Assembly (NCBI GenBank): GCA_963789265.1
Contig: CAWBKB010000003.1
Span: 448,001 to 512,000 of the forward strand
Length of the DNA: 64,000 nt
Direction of reading: 5' to 3'
Source of the DNA: an uncultured delta proteobacterium
Lineage (GTDB): Bacteria > Desulfobacterota > Desulfomonilia > Desulfomonilales > Desulfomonilaceae
A program made the position numbers and the translations under genes. Within the stretch, counting starts at the first letter, position 1, and every line of letters begins with the position of its first letter. The notes beneath the pieces were generated by a model, which was given only the letters and a program-made list of their open reading frames with translations, did not search any database and had not been told where the DNA came from. Positions 19,331 to 30,907 of this stretch are shown here, one piece after another.

Positions 19331-21970
19331 TTGGCCAAGTTTACGCTGCCAAAACTTGAACGACACCTTTACGGAGCGGCCGACATTCTCCGTGGCAAGA
19401 TGGATCATGCCGAATTCCGCGACTTCATCTTCGGGATGCTCTTCCTCAAACGGTGCTCTGACATGTTCGATGAAGAGCGAGAACGGCTCATCCAGGAAGA
19501 ACTCAAAGCGGGAGCGTCGGAGGCGGAGGCCGAAGAGGCTGCTGATGATCCCCGAAATTATGATCTTTTCTTCGTTCCAATGCGGGCTCGCTGGGCAGAA
19601 ATCCGTGACCAACTCCATGTAAACGTCGGCGACGGACTGAACAAAGCGCTCGGAGCACTTGCAGAGGCCAATATGGTGCTCGCGGGGGTTATGGATCACA
19701 TCGATTTTACTCGAAAGGTCGGAGACAGCTCACTGCCGGACATCAAACTTCGAGCCCTGATAAAGCACTTCAATAATTACCGGCTGCGCAACAGCGATTT
19801 CGAGCACACGGACCTGCTCGGCTCCGCCTATGAGTACCTTATTTATATGTTCGCCGAATCTGGTGGTCGTAAGGGAGGGGACTTCTATACTCCTCGTGAC
19901 GTCGTACGGATGATGGTTCGCCTGATCCAGCCCAAAGAGAAGATGGAGATCTATGACCCATGTTGCGGGTCTGGCGGCATGCTTATTTTCTCCAAGCGCT
20001 ACGTCGAAGAGCATGGCGGGGACGGTAACAACCTCTTTCTTTACGGTCAGGATTCCAGCGGGTCGGCCTGGGTGGTTTGCAAGATGAACATGATCTTGCA
20101 CGGCATCAGTCAGAAAGCCGACATCCAGAACGAGGACACCCTGGCTCATCCGCGTCACCTGGACCACGGCGAACTCCGTCGATTTGACCTTGTGATTACC
20201 AATCCACCGTTCGGCATCAATTACAGTCGCGAGGGTATGGAGTTCAAGGAGCGCTTCCACTACGGCTTTTGTCCAGAGTCAGGCAAGAAGGCCGAGCTCA
20301 TGTTTATCCAGCACATGTTGGCGGTTCTCCGACCCAACGGCATGCTGGCCACGGTTGCACCGCACGGCATACTTTTCCGGGGTGGTAAAGAGGGCAAGAT
20401 CCGTAAAGGCTTCATCGCGGGAGATTTGATTGAGGCCGTAATTGGACTTGGTTCCAACCTCTTTTATGGCACACAGATTCCTGCTTGTATCCTGGTCATG
20501 CGTCAGAACGGTATGGCGAAACCCAAAGAACGGCAGGGCAGAATTCTCTTCATCAACGCAGACCAGGACTATGAGGCCGGTCGCGCCCAGAATTATCTCC
20601 GTCCCGAACACGCCGAGAAGATCGTCCGCACCTTTGAAAACTACGAGACCATTCCTGGCTATTCACGTGTGGTGGATCTCGAGGAGGTTGTCGCCAACGA
20701 CTACAACCTGAACATACGTCGTTATGCCGACAGTGCTCCACCGCCTGAGCCGCACGATGTTCGGGCCCACCTCGTGGGCGGCATTCCCAAGGCAGAGATA
20801 GAGACCAAGAAAGAGCTGATGAACTCCCATGGCCTGGAGCCGGCGGGACCATTTGTGGACCGAGATGATAAATATTGCGACTTTGCTCCAACGATTATCG
20901 ACAGGGCCACCATAAAACGAGTGATTGAGGAAGATACAGGAGTGTTGGGAAAGGAGAAACAGCTCAGCGAGACTTTTGCCCAATGGTGGGACGCACACAA
21001 AAATAAGTTGGAGCGTCTGCCCGGCAACAACAATGTGATGAAGGTTCGCGGGGAATATCTGATCTCATTCGAGGAAGCACTTGTGCCGGTGGGTCTGCTT
21101 GACCGTTTCAAGATCGCGGGTGTGGTCGCCTCCTGGTGGAACCATGCCTATGATGAACTCAAGACCATAGTGGCCCAGGGTTTCACAGGCCTCATTGACG
21201 GCTGGGTGCAGACTATCAAAGACTTCATAGAGGGCGAGGACGATAGCCAGGATGATGATTTCAAGCCATTGGAGCATAAGATAGTTATTAAGCTCATTCC
21301 TGAATACCTCCAACAAGTTGCCAATGTCGAGGCGGAAATCGACCGACTCAAAGCCGAAAAGGAAGCTTTCGAGCGAGGAGAGCACCTGGAGGACAGTGAC
21401 GAAGAATATGATGGAAAGGAGCGCAACTATGGCAAGGAACTGGAGAATAGGATCAAAGAACTTAAGGGACGCCTGGTCGAGCGCATTGGCCGCGTGCGCT
21501 TTCCATCGCTTGACAGCGCTGATGATTTAACCCCTATGAATTTCCTCAAGAATCTAGGTAAGACCAAGTCAGCCGCCAAAGATGTAATGGAGAACATTGA
21601 AGAATTAGAGCCCATCGTCGAGGAGATGATGGAAGCTGAGCTGCTAGTGGAGCCTTACAAGAACATCAAGAAGGAATTGACAACTTCTCGAAAGAAACAC
21701 AAGAAGCTCAAGGCAGCACTGGTCAGGCGCCTAGAGGAGGCGAGGGCAAAATTGAACGATGACGACGACCGCGATGTGGTTCTTGACCTCATCCGAGAAG
21801 GCATGGCCACTCACCTGGAGCGCTACATGGTGGCCCACCGCCAGTACGTAGTTGCGATTGTGGAAAACTGGTGGGACAAATATGCCACGCCGATGCAACA
21901 GATTGAGAAGGATCGCGACAACGCAGCCAAGCAACTTAGCAGGCTCATTGGAGGGCTCGGGTATGCCTGA
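19331..21970 (+). CDS. hsdM: Type I restriction-modification methyltransferase subunit M
   Basis: [26 protein letters not shown] (motif I), NPPF (motif IV), [11 protein letters not shown] start after GGAGG. Confidence 0.96.
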   Translation: MAKFTLPKLERHLYGAADILRGKMDHAEFRDFIFGMLFLKRCSDMFDEERERLIQEELKAGASEAEAEEAADDPRNYDLFFVPMRARWAEIRDQLHVNVGDGLNKALGALAEANMVLAGVMDHIDFTRKVGDSSLPDIKLRALIKHFNNYRLRNSDFEHTDLLGSAYEYLIYMFAESGGRKGGDFYTPRDVVRMMVRLIQPKEKMEIYDPCCGSGGMLIFSKRYVEEHGGDGNNLFLYGQDSSGSAWVVCKMNMILHGISQKADIQNEDTLAHPRHLDHGELRRFDLVITNPPFGINYSREGMEFKERFHYGFCPESGKKAELMFIQHMLAVLRPNGMLATVAPHGILFRGGKEGKIRKGFIAGDLIEAVIGLGSNLFYGTQIPACILVMRQNGMAKPKERQGRILFINADQDYEAGRAQNYLRPEHAEKIVRTFENYETIPGYSRVVDLEEVVANDYNLNIRRYADSAPPPEPHDVRAHLVGGIPKAEIETKKELMNSHGLEPAGPFVDRDDKYCDFAPTIIDRATIKRVIEEDTGVLGKEKQLSETFAQWWDAHKNKLERLPGNNNVMKVRGEYLISFEEALVPVGLLDRFKIAGVVASWWNHAYDELKTIVAQGFTGLIDGWVQTIKDFIEGEDDSQDDDFKPLEHKIVIKLIPEYLQQVANVEAEIDRLKAEKEAFERGEHLEDSDEEYDGKERNYGKELENRIKELKGRLVERIGRVRFPSLDSADDLTPMNFLKNLGKTKSAAKDVMENIEELEPIVEEMMEAELLVEPYKNIKKELTTSRKKHKKLKAALVRRLEEARAKLNDDDDRDVVLDLIREGMATHLERYMVAHRQYVVAIVENWWDKYATPMQQIEKDRDNAAKQLSRLIGGLGYA

Positions 21971-23222
21971 TGCTCCCATGAGAAGGCTTGGGGATATAGC
22001 GTCATTTGAAATGGGGCAATCTCCACCCTCATCGGTCGTGGTCGATGGGGATGGTGGCGTTCCTTTCCTCCAAGGCTGCGCCGAATTCGGCCCGCGATAT
22101 CCGCAATCGCATTGCTCGTGCTTGATTTCTCCCAAAATGTGCAAAAGAGGCGATGTCCTCATTAGCGTTCGTGCCCCCGTGGGTTCCATTAACAAAGCTG
22201 ACCGAGAGTATTGTATAGGTCGCGGGTTAGCCGCCGTCAGATTGTCGGCAGAATATCCAGGGGACTTTGGTTGGCATTTGCTTAGTTATTGGGCTCACAA
22301 TCTACAGCGCGTTGCTCAAGGGACCACCTTCGAGGCCGTAGGACGCAATGATTTGGCTAACTTGGAGTTCATCGACATCAAGCCTGAAGATCGCGAAGCG
22401 GTCGTGGCGGTACTCAACACCGCCGATGAAGCCATTGCGAAGACAGAGACGCTGATCGCCAAACTCAGGGCAATCAAGCAGGGCCTTCTGCACGATGTTT
22501 TGACCCGCGGATTGGACAAAAACGGTGAGCTGCGTAACCCTGAGTGTCATCCGGAGCAATTCAAGAATTCTGCCCTGGGACCAGTACCACGTTCCTGGGA
22601 CGTCGTACCCTTGGGATCAATTACCTCATCTGTAACAAGTGGGAGCCGTGGCTGGGCCTACTACTACTCGGAGCAGGGGGCGCTATTCCTTCGAATGAGT
22701 AATTTAACGCGAGAACATATTCACATGCGTTTTGATGATCTTCAGCACGTTGACCTGCCTTCTGGCATCACAGAAGCGAGACGGACGAGGGTCAGTCCTG
22801 GAGACATTCTCATTTCGATCACTGCTGATTTAGGGGTAATAGGTGTTTGCCCTGAGGGGCTCGGTGATGCCTATGTTAACCAACACATTGCTTCGGTCAA
22901 ATTGAAAACTGACGAGGTAAACCCCCAGTGGGCGGGAAACTATCTGGCTTCGGGCCCTTCTCAGAGACAATTCCAGGTGCTGAATGACCAGGGCACTAAA
23001 GCCGGCATGAACCTTCCCACAGTTGAACGCCTGCTAATTGCCAGGCCCATGATGGCAGAGGAAATCCGAATCGGTATGGTTATTCGTGCGATGGATCAGT
23101 GCATCTGGGCAGAAACAGCCCATTGCGTCAAACTGACTCACATAAAGAAAGGCCTAATGCGGGATCTATTGACTGGTCGCGTGCGAGTGCCGCAAGAAAT
23201 CCCCGAAGGTGAGAGACTGTGA
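21963..23222 (+). CDS. hsdS: Type I restriction-modification specificity subunit S
   Basis: Two target-recognition domains separated by conserved helices ([32 protein letters not shown]). Confidence 0.94.
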   Translation: MPDAPMRRLGDIASFEMGQSPPSSVVVDGDGGVPFLQGCAEFGPRYPQSHCSCLISPKMCKRGDVLISVRAPVGSINKADREYCIGRGLAAVRLSAEYPGDFGWHLLSYWAHNLQRVAQGTTFEAVGRNDLANLEFIDIKPEDREAVVAVLNTADEAIAKTETLIAKLRAIKQGLLHDVLTRGLDKNGELRNPECHPEQFKNSALGPVPRSWDVVPLGSITSSVTSGSRGWAYYYSEQGALFLRMSNLTREHIHMRFDDLQHVDLPSGITEARRTRVSPGDILISITADLGVIGVCPEGLGDAYVNQHIASVKLKTDEVNPQWAGNYLASGPSQRQFQVLNDQGTKAGMNLPTVERLLIARPMMAEEIRIGMVIRAMDQCIWAETAHCVKLTHIKKGLMRDLLTGRVRVPQEIPEGERL

Positions 23223-23860
23223 TGCCCATGCCCCGCCCTACGCCGATCTACCGCCTCATGCACCTGGACAACCTGCCGGTGTGTCTGGCAAGGGGCGGCA
23301 TGCATGCTCCAAATCGCGTACCGAACGACGGACGCGTATACCGGACGATTCACAATGTTGAGTTGCAGCAGGTTCGTCGCCAGCGAATCATTCCCTGCGG
23401 TCCCTGCGGAACGGTACACGATTACGTTCCTTTCTATTTGGGACCCCGTTCCCCGATGCTTCTCCAGTTGAATACAGGCCGAGTGGAGAGTTACCGTGAA
23501 GGCCAGGCGCCTCTAATATATGTCGTATCCACCGTGCAGGCAATTATCAGCGCCCGCCTCGGTTTTGTGTTCTCAGATGGACACGGGATTGCGTTCTTCA
23601 CTAAATGGTTTGATAATGTGTCAGAACTGGTTGAAGTTGATTGGGATATGGTCTATGCCGACTACTGGGCGGACAACGTGGATGACATGGACCGCCAACG
23701 CCGCAAACAAGCCGAGTTTCTAGTGCACAGGTTCTGTCCGTGGGATGTGGTGACCAGGATCGGCGTGTTGAACCGTGCGGTCCGACGTCGAGTAGACAAT
23801 ATCCTGGCCGATCATGGAGTCGCGACTCCGACAGAGATCCGCGAGAATTGGTATTATTAG
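23222..23860 (+). CDS. darT: DarT ssDNA ADP-ribosyltransferase toxin (DUF4433)
   Basis: HLDNL, HDYVPFYLGPRSPML, FVFSDGH, RRKQAEFLV (catalytic Glu), WYY terminus. Confidence 0.93.
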   Translation: MPMPRPTPIYRLMHLDNLPVCLARGGMHAPNRVPNDGRVYRTIHNVELQQVRRQRIIPCGPCGTVHDYVPFYLGPRSPMLLQLNTGRVESYREGQAPLIYVVSTVQAIISARLGFVFSDGHGIAFFTKWFDNVSELVEVDWDMVYADYWADNVDDMDRQRRKQAEFLVHRFCPWDVVTRIGVLNRAVRRRVDNILADHGVATPTEIRENWYY

Positions 23861-23875
23861 AGAAAGGAGACGAAA

Positions 23876-24913
23876 ATGATCGAGCTAACTCAAGGGAACA
23901 TCCTGAAAGCCGACGCTGAGGCTCTGGTCAACACCGTCAACTGCGTCGGCGTCATGGGTAAGGGGATTGCCTTGCAGTTCAAGAAGGCTTTCCCCGATAA
24001 CTTCAGAGCTTACGAAGCCGCTTGCCGACATAAAGAGGTCCAGCCTGGGCGCATGTTTGTCTTTGAAACCGGGCAGATTTTCAACCCACGGTACGTCATC
24101 AATTTCCCTACAAAACGCCATTGGCGAGGCCGTAGCCGCTATGAGGACATAGCGGCAGGGACAAGAGCCTTGGTGGAAGAACTGCGAAATCGGAATATCC
24201 GCTCGATCGCGATCCCGCCCCTAGGATGCGGATTGGGAGGCCTGAACTGGCACCGTGTACGGGCCATCATTGAGGAGACCTTTTCCACACTCCCAGATGT
24301 GCGGGTCATGCTCTATGAACCCAAGGGGGCTCCTGCGGCAAAGGACATGCCCGTTGGCACTGGCAAGCCACGCATGACCATTGCTCGGGCGTTGTTCGTC
24401 AAGCTCATGCAGCAGTACGCCCGTCACGCATACCGGCTCACACTATTGGAAATCCAGAAGCTTGCCTATTTTCTTCAAGAATCCGGCTTGGAACTACGGT
24501 TACGCTACGTCAAACACCTTTACGGCCCGTACGCCCACAATCTTAACAAGGTCCTGGAGGTGCTCGAAGGACACTACATCCGAGGATATGGCGACACCCA
24601 AAAACCCGATGTTGAGATACAGCTTTTGCCAGGAGCAACGCGACAGGCAGATGTGTTCCTCCAGAATCATCCAGAGGCCATGGAAAACCTGGACGTGGTG
24701 GCGGACCTCGTAGACGGGTTCGAAACGCCCTACGGAATGGAATTACTGTCCTCAGTGCACTGGCTTGCGATACATGATCGCGAGGCTACCGATGCCGATA
24801 CCGCAATAGCCGCCATGCTCCGGTGGAACGACCGAAAGAGCAAGCTGTTCAAACCTGAGCACATTCGGGTGGCCTGGGATCGACTCCAGGAGGAAGGTTG
24901 GCTCAGGGCATGA
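23876..24913 (+). CDS. darG: DarG macrodomain antitoxin (DNA ADP-ribosyl glycohydrolase)
   Basis: LVNTVNCVGVMGKGIA, NFPTKRHW, PPLGCGLGGL macrodomain; C-terminal QKLAYFLQ...YGPY...GFETPYGMELLSSVHW. Confidence 0.95.
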   Translation: MIELTQGNILKADAEALVNTVNCVGVMGKGIALQFKKAFPDNFRAYEAACRHKEVQPGRMFVFETGQIFNPRYVINFPTKRHWRGRSRYEDIAAGTRALVEELRNRNIRSIAIPPLGCGLGGLNWHRVRAIIEETFSTLPDVRVMLYEPKGAPAAKDMPVGTGKPRMTIARALFVKLMQQYARHAYRLTLLEIQKLAYFLQESGLELRLRYVKHLYGPYAHNLNKVLEVLEGHYIRGYGDTQKPDVEIQLLPGATRQADVFLQNHPEAMENLDVVADLVDGFETPYGMELLSSVHWLAIHDREATDADTAIAAMLRWNDRKSKLFKPEHIRVAWDRLQEEGWLRA

Positions 24914-27900
24914 AGTCCGTTCCTGAGCTGAGGCCGCCAACCAGCACGCCGACTGAATGGTCGGAGGTCGAACGTCCCCTGTTGTTGCAACTGGTAGGTA
25001 TGGGCTGGCAGTTTGTACCTGGGGACATCGATGTACCGGAACTCACTGAGCGAGAAAACTTCCGCCAGGTTGCGCTGTACGGACGGCTTCGGGAAGCCAT
25101 TAAGCGTATCAATGCCAATGACGGTGTGGTAGACGACCTTACTGTGGATCGCGCCGTCCGGCAGCTTGAGGCAGTAGGCGGTCAGGCGCTTTTGGAGAAG
25201 AACCGGCTTATCACCGAGCGGCTCATCAAGGGTGTTTACGTCGAATCTACCGATCCAAACGATACGCGGCAGCGTCTCATCCGGTTTATTGAGTTTGACC
25301 CGGCCAAACTGGATCAAAACGATTTCCTGTGCATAAATCAGTTCCGCGTGGATCTCCCTGGACGAGGCACCTTTGTCATTCCCGATGTGGTGCTTTGCGT
25401 CAATGGTCTCCCATTAGTGGTAGTGGAGTGTAAGAGTCCCAGTATCACCGACTCGATAGGTGAAGGACTGGATCAACTGCTGCGATATTCGAACAACCGT
25501 TATTGGATAGACGAAGACGAAGGAATCGAGGACCTCTTTTTCTTCAACCAGCTTATGGTAGTGTCCTCGTTTTATCAGGCTCGTTCAGGAACACTCGGTG
25601 CGTACCACGAACACTACCTGGAATGGAAAGATCCGGCTCCATTTACTCGTGAACAACTTGCGGATGAGCTCGGGAAATCCCCGGACAACCTCAAGAGCCA
25701 AGAGTTGTTGGCAGCCGGGGTACTGCGTCCGGAGCGACTGGTGGACATCCTGAGAAATTTCATCCTATTCAAGACCGCTGACGGAAAACTCATTAAGATT
25801 GCCCCTCGTTATCAGCAGTTTCGCGCTGTGCACTCTGCCATTGATCGGCTGATTACCGGCAAGACGCGGCAACAGGACGAGAAGAATCAGGATCGTCGCG
25901 GTGGCATCATCTGGCATACGCAAGGTTCGGGGAAAAGTATCACCATGGTCTACCTCGTCCGCAAAATGCGAACGAATCCTAGCCTTCGTTCTTTCAAGGT
26001 AGTGGTCGTTACGGACCGCTCAGATCTGGAAAAACAGCTTCGGGAGACAGCTACGCTTACCGATGAGATTATCCGGCCGGACGACAAGGACAACAGACGG
26101 CGCATTTCGGCCACGGAAACACTCAAAGCGATACTTCGGGAGGAGAGCCCGGACATCGTCTTTGCCATGATCCAGAAGTACCTTGTACGGACGGGCGAAA
26201 TGGAAGTTTACCGGTACGAAGTGCCCGTGAAAAAGAAGGTCCAGAAGGCCACGGGTGATCTGGCGGAATACCAAACAACAACGAAAGTATTGAAACTCTC
26301 GTTACACGATCAGGAATTTGACGTCCTTAATGAATCCCCGAATGTCCTCATTCTTATCGATGAAGCCCACAGATCTCACACTGAAACTTTCCACGCGAAC
26401 CTCATGAAGGCGCTGCCGAATGCTGCCAAAATCGGCTTCACCGGAACGCCCATCATGCGTTGCGACAAGGCCACGACCCAAGAGATCTTCGGAGACTTTA
26501 TCGATAAGTACCGATTGGATGAAGCGGTCAACGACGAGGCGACCGTCAAGATCGTGTACGAGGGCCGCACGGCGGGGGGGTTGGTAGAACACACGGAAAG
26601 ACTCGATCAGAATTTTGAGGATCTGTTCCGCGAATACACGGAGAGCGAGAAGCAAGTTATTAAGAACAAGTATGCCGCAGAAGGTGACGTGCTGGAAGCG
26701 CCTAAACTTATCTCAGAAAAGGCAGAAGATATGCTGCGGCACTATGTGCAGGCCGTTCTTCCTAACGGCTTCAAGGCACAGGTTGTGGCGGTATCACGAC
26801 TGGCGGCCATACGGTATCACGATGCGTTGAAAGAAGCTCAAAGCCGTCTAGTCCAGGAAATTGAAAGCCTCGATCCTGGCAAGCTGCGTCTTTCGGATGA
26901 TGATATCGAGCGGGAAGATGAACATGTCCAGTTTCTGATCGGTGCGTCTAAGCATCTGGAGATTATCAAGCGACTAAATTTCGCGACTGTTGTGTCTCAC
27001 AACCACAATGACCCGCCTTCCTGGCGTGATTGGATGGACAAAACCACTCAGGATACTCACATTACCCGCTTCAAGAAGCCTCTTGTGCATGCGGACCCCG
27101 CTAAGCAGGACGGCCTAGCATTCCTTTGCGTGAAAAGTATGCTGACCACGGGGTTTGACGCGCCGGTGGAGCAGGCACTCTACCTCGACCGGAGAGTCGT
27201 GGCCCATGAACTGCTTCAGACGATTGCTCGTGTGAATCGCCGCGTGCGCGGCAAGGATTGCGGCTACATTGTGGACTACATCGGCGTGGCCAGACACTTG
27301 CATGATGCCCTGGGCGACTACGAGGATGAAACCCATGATCCCATGATTGACATTCGGGACGAAATTCCCAAACTACGCGATCGGCACAAGCGTGCCGTGG
27401 ACGTTTTCCTCGCACGCGGCGTCTCAAGCATCCGAGACATCGAAGCATGTGTAGATATCCTGGCGGATGTCAAAATGCGAGCTGAGTTCATCAACAAACT
27501 GCGCCTTTTCTTGGAGAGCCTCGGCATCGTCATGCCGCGGCCCGAGGCAATGCCTTACATCAAAGGTGCCAAGATCCTCGGTTTTATCGCCAAAGTTGCG
27601 GCTAATCTCTACTATGACGACCAATTGAATCTATACGGCGTGAAGCACAAGGTGAAGGAACTGATCGACGAGTATATCGCCGCCAACGGCATAGACCCGA
27701 AGATCCCGCCTATTGAAATCCTGGATGTGAGCTTCGCCGATCATGTGAATGCTGGTAAATCTGCCAAAGCGCGAGCCTCCCAGATGCTTCACGCGGCGCG
27801 TCATCATATTAGCATTCATCTGCATGAAGATCCGTCACTGTTCGCGAAGCTGAGCGAAAAGCTGGAACAGATTCTCCAGGATCTCCAAAACAATTGGACA

Positions 27901-28281
27901 GAATTGGAGCAGCAACTTCACCGATTCATCGAGGAGGAACTGAAGCAGGGGCGGGAACAGGAAGTAGAGGGTCTCGATCCCAAGATTCAGGCCCCTTTTT
28001 TCGGTCTTCTGAAGGATGCGGTTGAGGAAACCAACAACCAAACGCTGGAAGGCGAGCCATTCCGAAGGGGTGTGACCACAACAATTGAGATCGTTGATCA
28101 TATAAAGAAGGAAATCCGTCGCGTGGGTTTTTGGCGTGATCCTCCCAGTCGGCAACGGCTTGAGAATTGGGTCTATCGCTCTTTACGTCGTTCCCGGCTG
28201 GTTCCAAGTAACAAGGTCCAAGAATTGGCAATTCGGTTCGTGGACTTAGCAAAAAGTAGACATAGGTTCTTAACGATATGA
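24910..28281 (+). CDS. hsdR: Type I restriction endonuclease subunit R
   Basis: PDVVLCVNGLPLVVVECK nuclease motif, WHTQGSGKS, DEAHRS, GFTGTP, MLTTGFDAP, QTIARVNR. Confidence 0.96.
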   Translation: MKSVPELRPPTSTPTEWSEVERPLLLQLVGMGWQFVPGDIDVPELTERENFRQVALYGRLREAIKRINANDGVVDDLTVDRAVRQLEAVGGQALLEKNRLITERLIKGVYVESTDPNDTRQRLIRFIEFDPAKLDQNDFLCINQFRVDLPGRGTFVIPDVVLCVNGLPLVVVECKSPSITDSIGEGLDQLLRYSNNRYWIDEDEGIEDLFFFNQLMVVSSFYQARSGTLGAYHEHYLEWKDPAPFTREQLADELGKSPDNLKSQELLAAGVLRPERLVDILRNFILFKTADGKLIKIAPRYQQFRAVHSAIDRLITGKTRQQDEKNQDRRGGIIWHTQGSGKSITMVYLVRKMRTNPSLRSFKVVVVTDRSDLEKQLRETATLTDEIIRPDDKDNRRRISATETLKAILREESPDIVFAMIQKYLVRTGEMEVYRYEVPVKKKVQKATGDLAEYQTTTKVLKLSLHDQEFDVLNESPNVLILIDEAHRSHTETFHANLMKALPNAAKIGFTGTPIMRCDKATTQEIFGDFIDKYRLDEAVNDEATVKIVYEGRTAGGLVEHTERLDQNFEDLFREYTESEKQVIKNKYAAEGDVLEAPKLISEKAEDMLRHYVQAVLPNGFKAQVVAVSRLAAIRYHDALKEAQSRLVQEIESLDPGKLRLSDDDIEREDEHVQFLIGASKHLEIIKRLNFATVVSHNHNDPPSWRDWMDKTTQDTHITRFKKPLVHADPAKQDGLAFLCVKSMLTTGFDAPVEQALYLDRRVVAHELLQTIARVNRRVRGKDCGYIVDYIGVARHLHDALGDYEDETHDPMIDIRDEIPKLRDRHKRAVDVFLARGVSSIRDIEACVDILADVKMRAEFINKLRLFLESLGIVMPRPEAMPYIKGAKILGFIAKVAANLYYDDQLNLYGVKHKVKELIDEYIAANGIDPKIPPIEILDVSFADHVNAGKSAKARASQMLHAARHHISIHLHEDPSLFAKLSEKLEQILQDLQNNWTELEQQLHRFIEEELKQGREQEVEGLDPKIQAPFFGLLKDAVEETNNQTLEGEPFRRGVTTTIEIVDHIKKEIRRVGFWRDPPSRQRLENWVYRSLRRSRLVPSNKVQELAIRFVDLAKSRHRFLTI

Positions 28282-28988
28282 GTGAGGTTCTCTTAATTGA
28301 TGATCTTCAGGTGGAAGTTCGGCGGAGTCCCCGTCGACGAACTGTTGATCTCATTGTGGATCGATTTGGGGATTTGGTCATCAATGTCCCCGAATCACTC
28401 CCGCGGCAGGATCTGGAGGCAATCGTTCGACGTAAACAGGAATGGATTTATACAAAGCTTGGGCATAAGGAAAATGTGCTCCGTCCAAGCGGGTGCAAAG
28501 AGTACGTCACAGGAGAAGGGTTTTATTATCTCGGCAAGAAGTATCGCCTGAAGGTTCTTGATACTGCGGCTCTTGCCATCACCACGCGACCGCTTCGCCT
28601 TATGAATGGGCGTTTCTTGATGCCCCGCCCAGCGGCACAGGATGGACGGACTCATTTCATAAAGTGGTATATGAACCGCGGGCAAGTGTGGATCAGCAAT
28701 GCGGTTGAGGTGCTGAAGGAACGTGTCGTGGCTGCACCACGAATGATTGCGGTTCGGGACCTGAAATTCAGGTGGGGTTCCTGTAATGCTGCGGGGGACC
28801 TGTATTTTCACTGGCGTGTGATTTTGCTTCCGTCGCATGTTGTCCGCTATCTTGTTCTCCACGAACTGGTCCATCTGAGCGAACACAACCATAGCGCTGC
28901 ATTCTACGAGCTCCTTCGCCGAGCTTGTCCCCAATATCTGGAGATCGAAAGTTGGCTTGAGGCGAATGGCGATGATTATACCCTGTGA
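28278..28988 (+). CDS. M48/SprT-like (YgjP, DUF45) zinc metallopeptidase-family protein
   Basis: RWGSC, YLVLHELVHL, NHSAAFY; a common companion gene downstream of hsdR. Confidence 0.9.
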   Translation: MSEVLLIDDLQVEVRRSPRRRTVDLIVDRFGDLVINVPESLPRQDLEAIVRRKQEWIYTKLGHKENVLRPSGCKEYVTGEGFYYLGKKYRLKVLDTAALAITTRPLRLMNGRFLMPRPAAQDGRTHFIKWYMNRGQVWISNAVEVLKERVVAAPRMIAVRDLKFRWGSCNAAGDLYFHWRVILLPSHVVRYLVLHELVHLSEHNHSAAFYELLRRACPQYLEIESWLEANGDDYTL

Positions 28989-29320
28989 CTTCTCTAGCAA
29001 GTCTAAAGAAGCTTTGGTGGACAGTCCTTCAACATCGCTTGAAATGGCTCCCTCAGGATTTCCAGCCCCACCGCTTAACAGATGCCCGTCAAAGTGGCGG
29101 TAAACAGAGCGTATCATGGCCCAATAATGCAGCGGGGCAAGAAGCACGTCTGGATTGAATTATGGCAGCCAGTTGAATCGACAGACAAACCCGCATCTTA
29201 TTCGCCACTCTGTAAGCGGTGCCGGGGTCGCTCAGAAGTCGCAAGACCTAGGCCATTTGATTCTTTAGCTACGAATTTAAGATGCGAATGCCCGTCAATT
29301 CCTGGGTCTTTCAGGATATA

Positions 29321-30220
29321 TCAATGATATCCAAATTCCTTTAATCTCACGGGATCGCGGCTCCAATTCGGGGTGACCTTCACAAAGAGGTCGAGCCGCA
29401 CCCGGCACTCGAGAAATTCTTCAATTTTGATTCTAGCAGCCGTGCCTATGGCTTTGATCATCTTGCCTGCTTTTCCGACAAGGATCTTCTTCTGACTATC
29501 CTTCTCGACGTGGATATCAGCGTGAATCGTCACGCGCCCTCTCTCTTCCTTGAAAGATTCGACAACCACAGCCGTCTTGTACGGGATCTCTTCACCGGTC
29601 TTGTTGATGATTTGTTCTCGTATGATTTCTGCTACAAAAAACCTTGTCGGCAAATCGCTCACATCCTCCTCAGGAAACAGCGGCGGGCCCAATGGTAGCA
29701 GTTTCATCAGTGCACCAATCAACTCCTGAACGCCCGACCCGTAAAGAGCGCTGATGGGCACTATCTCTTCGAAAGGGTGGGCTTTGCTATAGAGATCAAT
29801 TAGCGGCAGCAATACAGGCGGCTTGACGGTATCGATCTTGTTAATGGCCAGCACAGCGGCTGACCCGGCGGATTTGATGAGTTCTATTATGCGCAGGTCA
29901 TCAGGATCGATCTCCTCCGAAGGTGTAGTTATGAACAGGACGATGTCGGTTTCCTCAAGTGTCTTCGTTGCCGCGGCGACCAATGATCGATTTAGCGGAG
30001 TCGTAGCTTCGTGGATCCCCGGAGTGTCGAGCAGTATGAACTGGGCGTCGGTGACAGTATAGATCGCGGTGATTCGGTTCCTGGTGGTCTGGGGTTTGGC
30101 AGTGACGATAGATAACTCGCGACCCAGTATGGAGTTCACGAGGGTTGATTTTCCCACATTAGGGCGGCCTGCGAGCGCGACGAAGCCGCTTCGGTACTTC
30201 CCCGAGGGTTCGGACGTCAT
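29321..30220 (-). CDS. era: GTPase Era
   Basis: GRPNVGKST, PQTTR, DTPG, NKID and C-terminal KH domain. Confidence 0.97.
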   Translation of the reverse strand: MTSEPSGKYRSGFVALAGRPNVGKSTLVNSILGRELSIVTAKPQTTRNRITAIYTVTDAQFILLDTPGIHEATTPLNRSLVAAATKTLEETDIVLFITTPSEEIDPDDLRIIELIKSAGSAAVLAINKIDTVKPPVLLPLIDLYSKAHPFEEIVPISALYGSGVQELIGALMKLLPLGPPLFPEEDVSDLPTRFFVAEIIREQIINKTGEEIPYKTAVVVESFKEERGRVTIHADIHVEKDSQKKILVGKAGKMIKAIGTAARIKIEEFLECRVRLDLFVKVTPNWSRDPVRLKEFGYH

Positions 30221-30277
30221 CACTGATTCTCCTTGACCGGAGCGCAAATTGTGGTTTATGCTATTGTAATTATATCA

Positions 30278-30370
30278 GGAGAGATGCCCGAGTGGCCGAA
30301 GGGGCGCGACTGGAAATCGCGTGAATGCCCACAAGGTGTTCCGAGGGTTCGAATCCCTCTCTCTCCGCCA
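30278..30370 (+). tRNA. tRNA-Ser(GGA)
   Basis: GGAGAGATG...CGCGA-CTGGAAA-TCGCG, long variable arm, GGTTCGAATCC, encoded CCA. Confidence 0.97.
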
Positions 30371-30583
30371 TTTTCAGGACCGCTCTCATCCGATTGCCCA
30401 CCCCCGGGGATCTCTAATCAGGACTAATTCAACCTGTCGAAATCTTGGACCAATGCCCTGTGGCAGGCCGGATGTCGTTGATAGTCCTTTCGTACAGGGC
30501 TCCTAAGCTAGGGACGGCTTGAAGACCACTGATATTCTCTTGCCATGCTTCCCTGCGACTGCCGCACCACGCTGCGAATTCAA

Positions 30584-30907
30584 TCATGGCCAATCATTTG
30601 CGTTGTAATCAGGAAGGTTGAATGTGCGCGCCGTTCCATAATCCCAGTCGTAGGGTATCGGAAGGAAGGGATAGTGTATGCCCAGTCGCCGACTCATGAA
30701 CCTATCCCACCTATAGTATTCTATGGCCTTCTTGTCCGGTGCAATTCTGTCCACGAACCTGTCCGCATAGTACCACATTCCGTTAAATCCCGGGGGGAAA
30801 TTTCGGATAAAGCGATGATTGTAATCCGCGGCCTGACAGACGGGAAAGGCTAACAGAGTCAAAAATGCTCCAAGAATCAGGGCGGGTAGTAACCGGGGCG
30901 CGCGCAT
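30584..30907 (-). CDS. Small secreted hypothetical protein (aromatic-rich)
   Basis: Signal peptide ending CQA; AAGGAG Shine-Dalgarno. Confidence 0.7.
   Translation of the reverse strand: MRAPRLLPALILGAFLTLLAFPVCQAADYNHRFIRNFPPGFNGMWYYADRFVDRIAPDKKAIEYYRWDRFMSRRLGIHYPFLPIPYDWDYGTARTFNLPDYNANDWP

Noticed and set aside
28395..29147. 250-aa minus-strand ORF
   Set aside because: Lies antisense to the well-supported M48 peptidase gene; no motifs.
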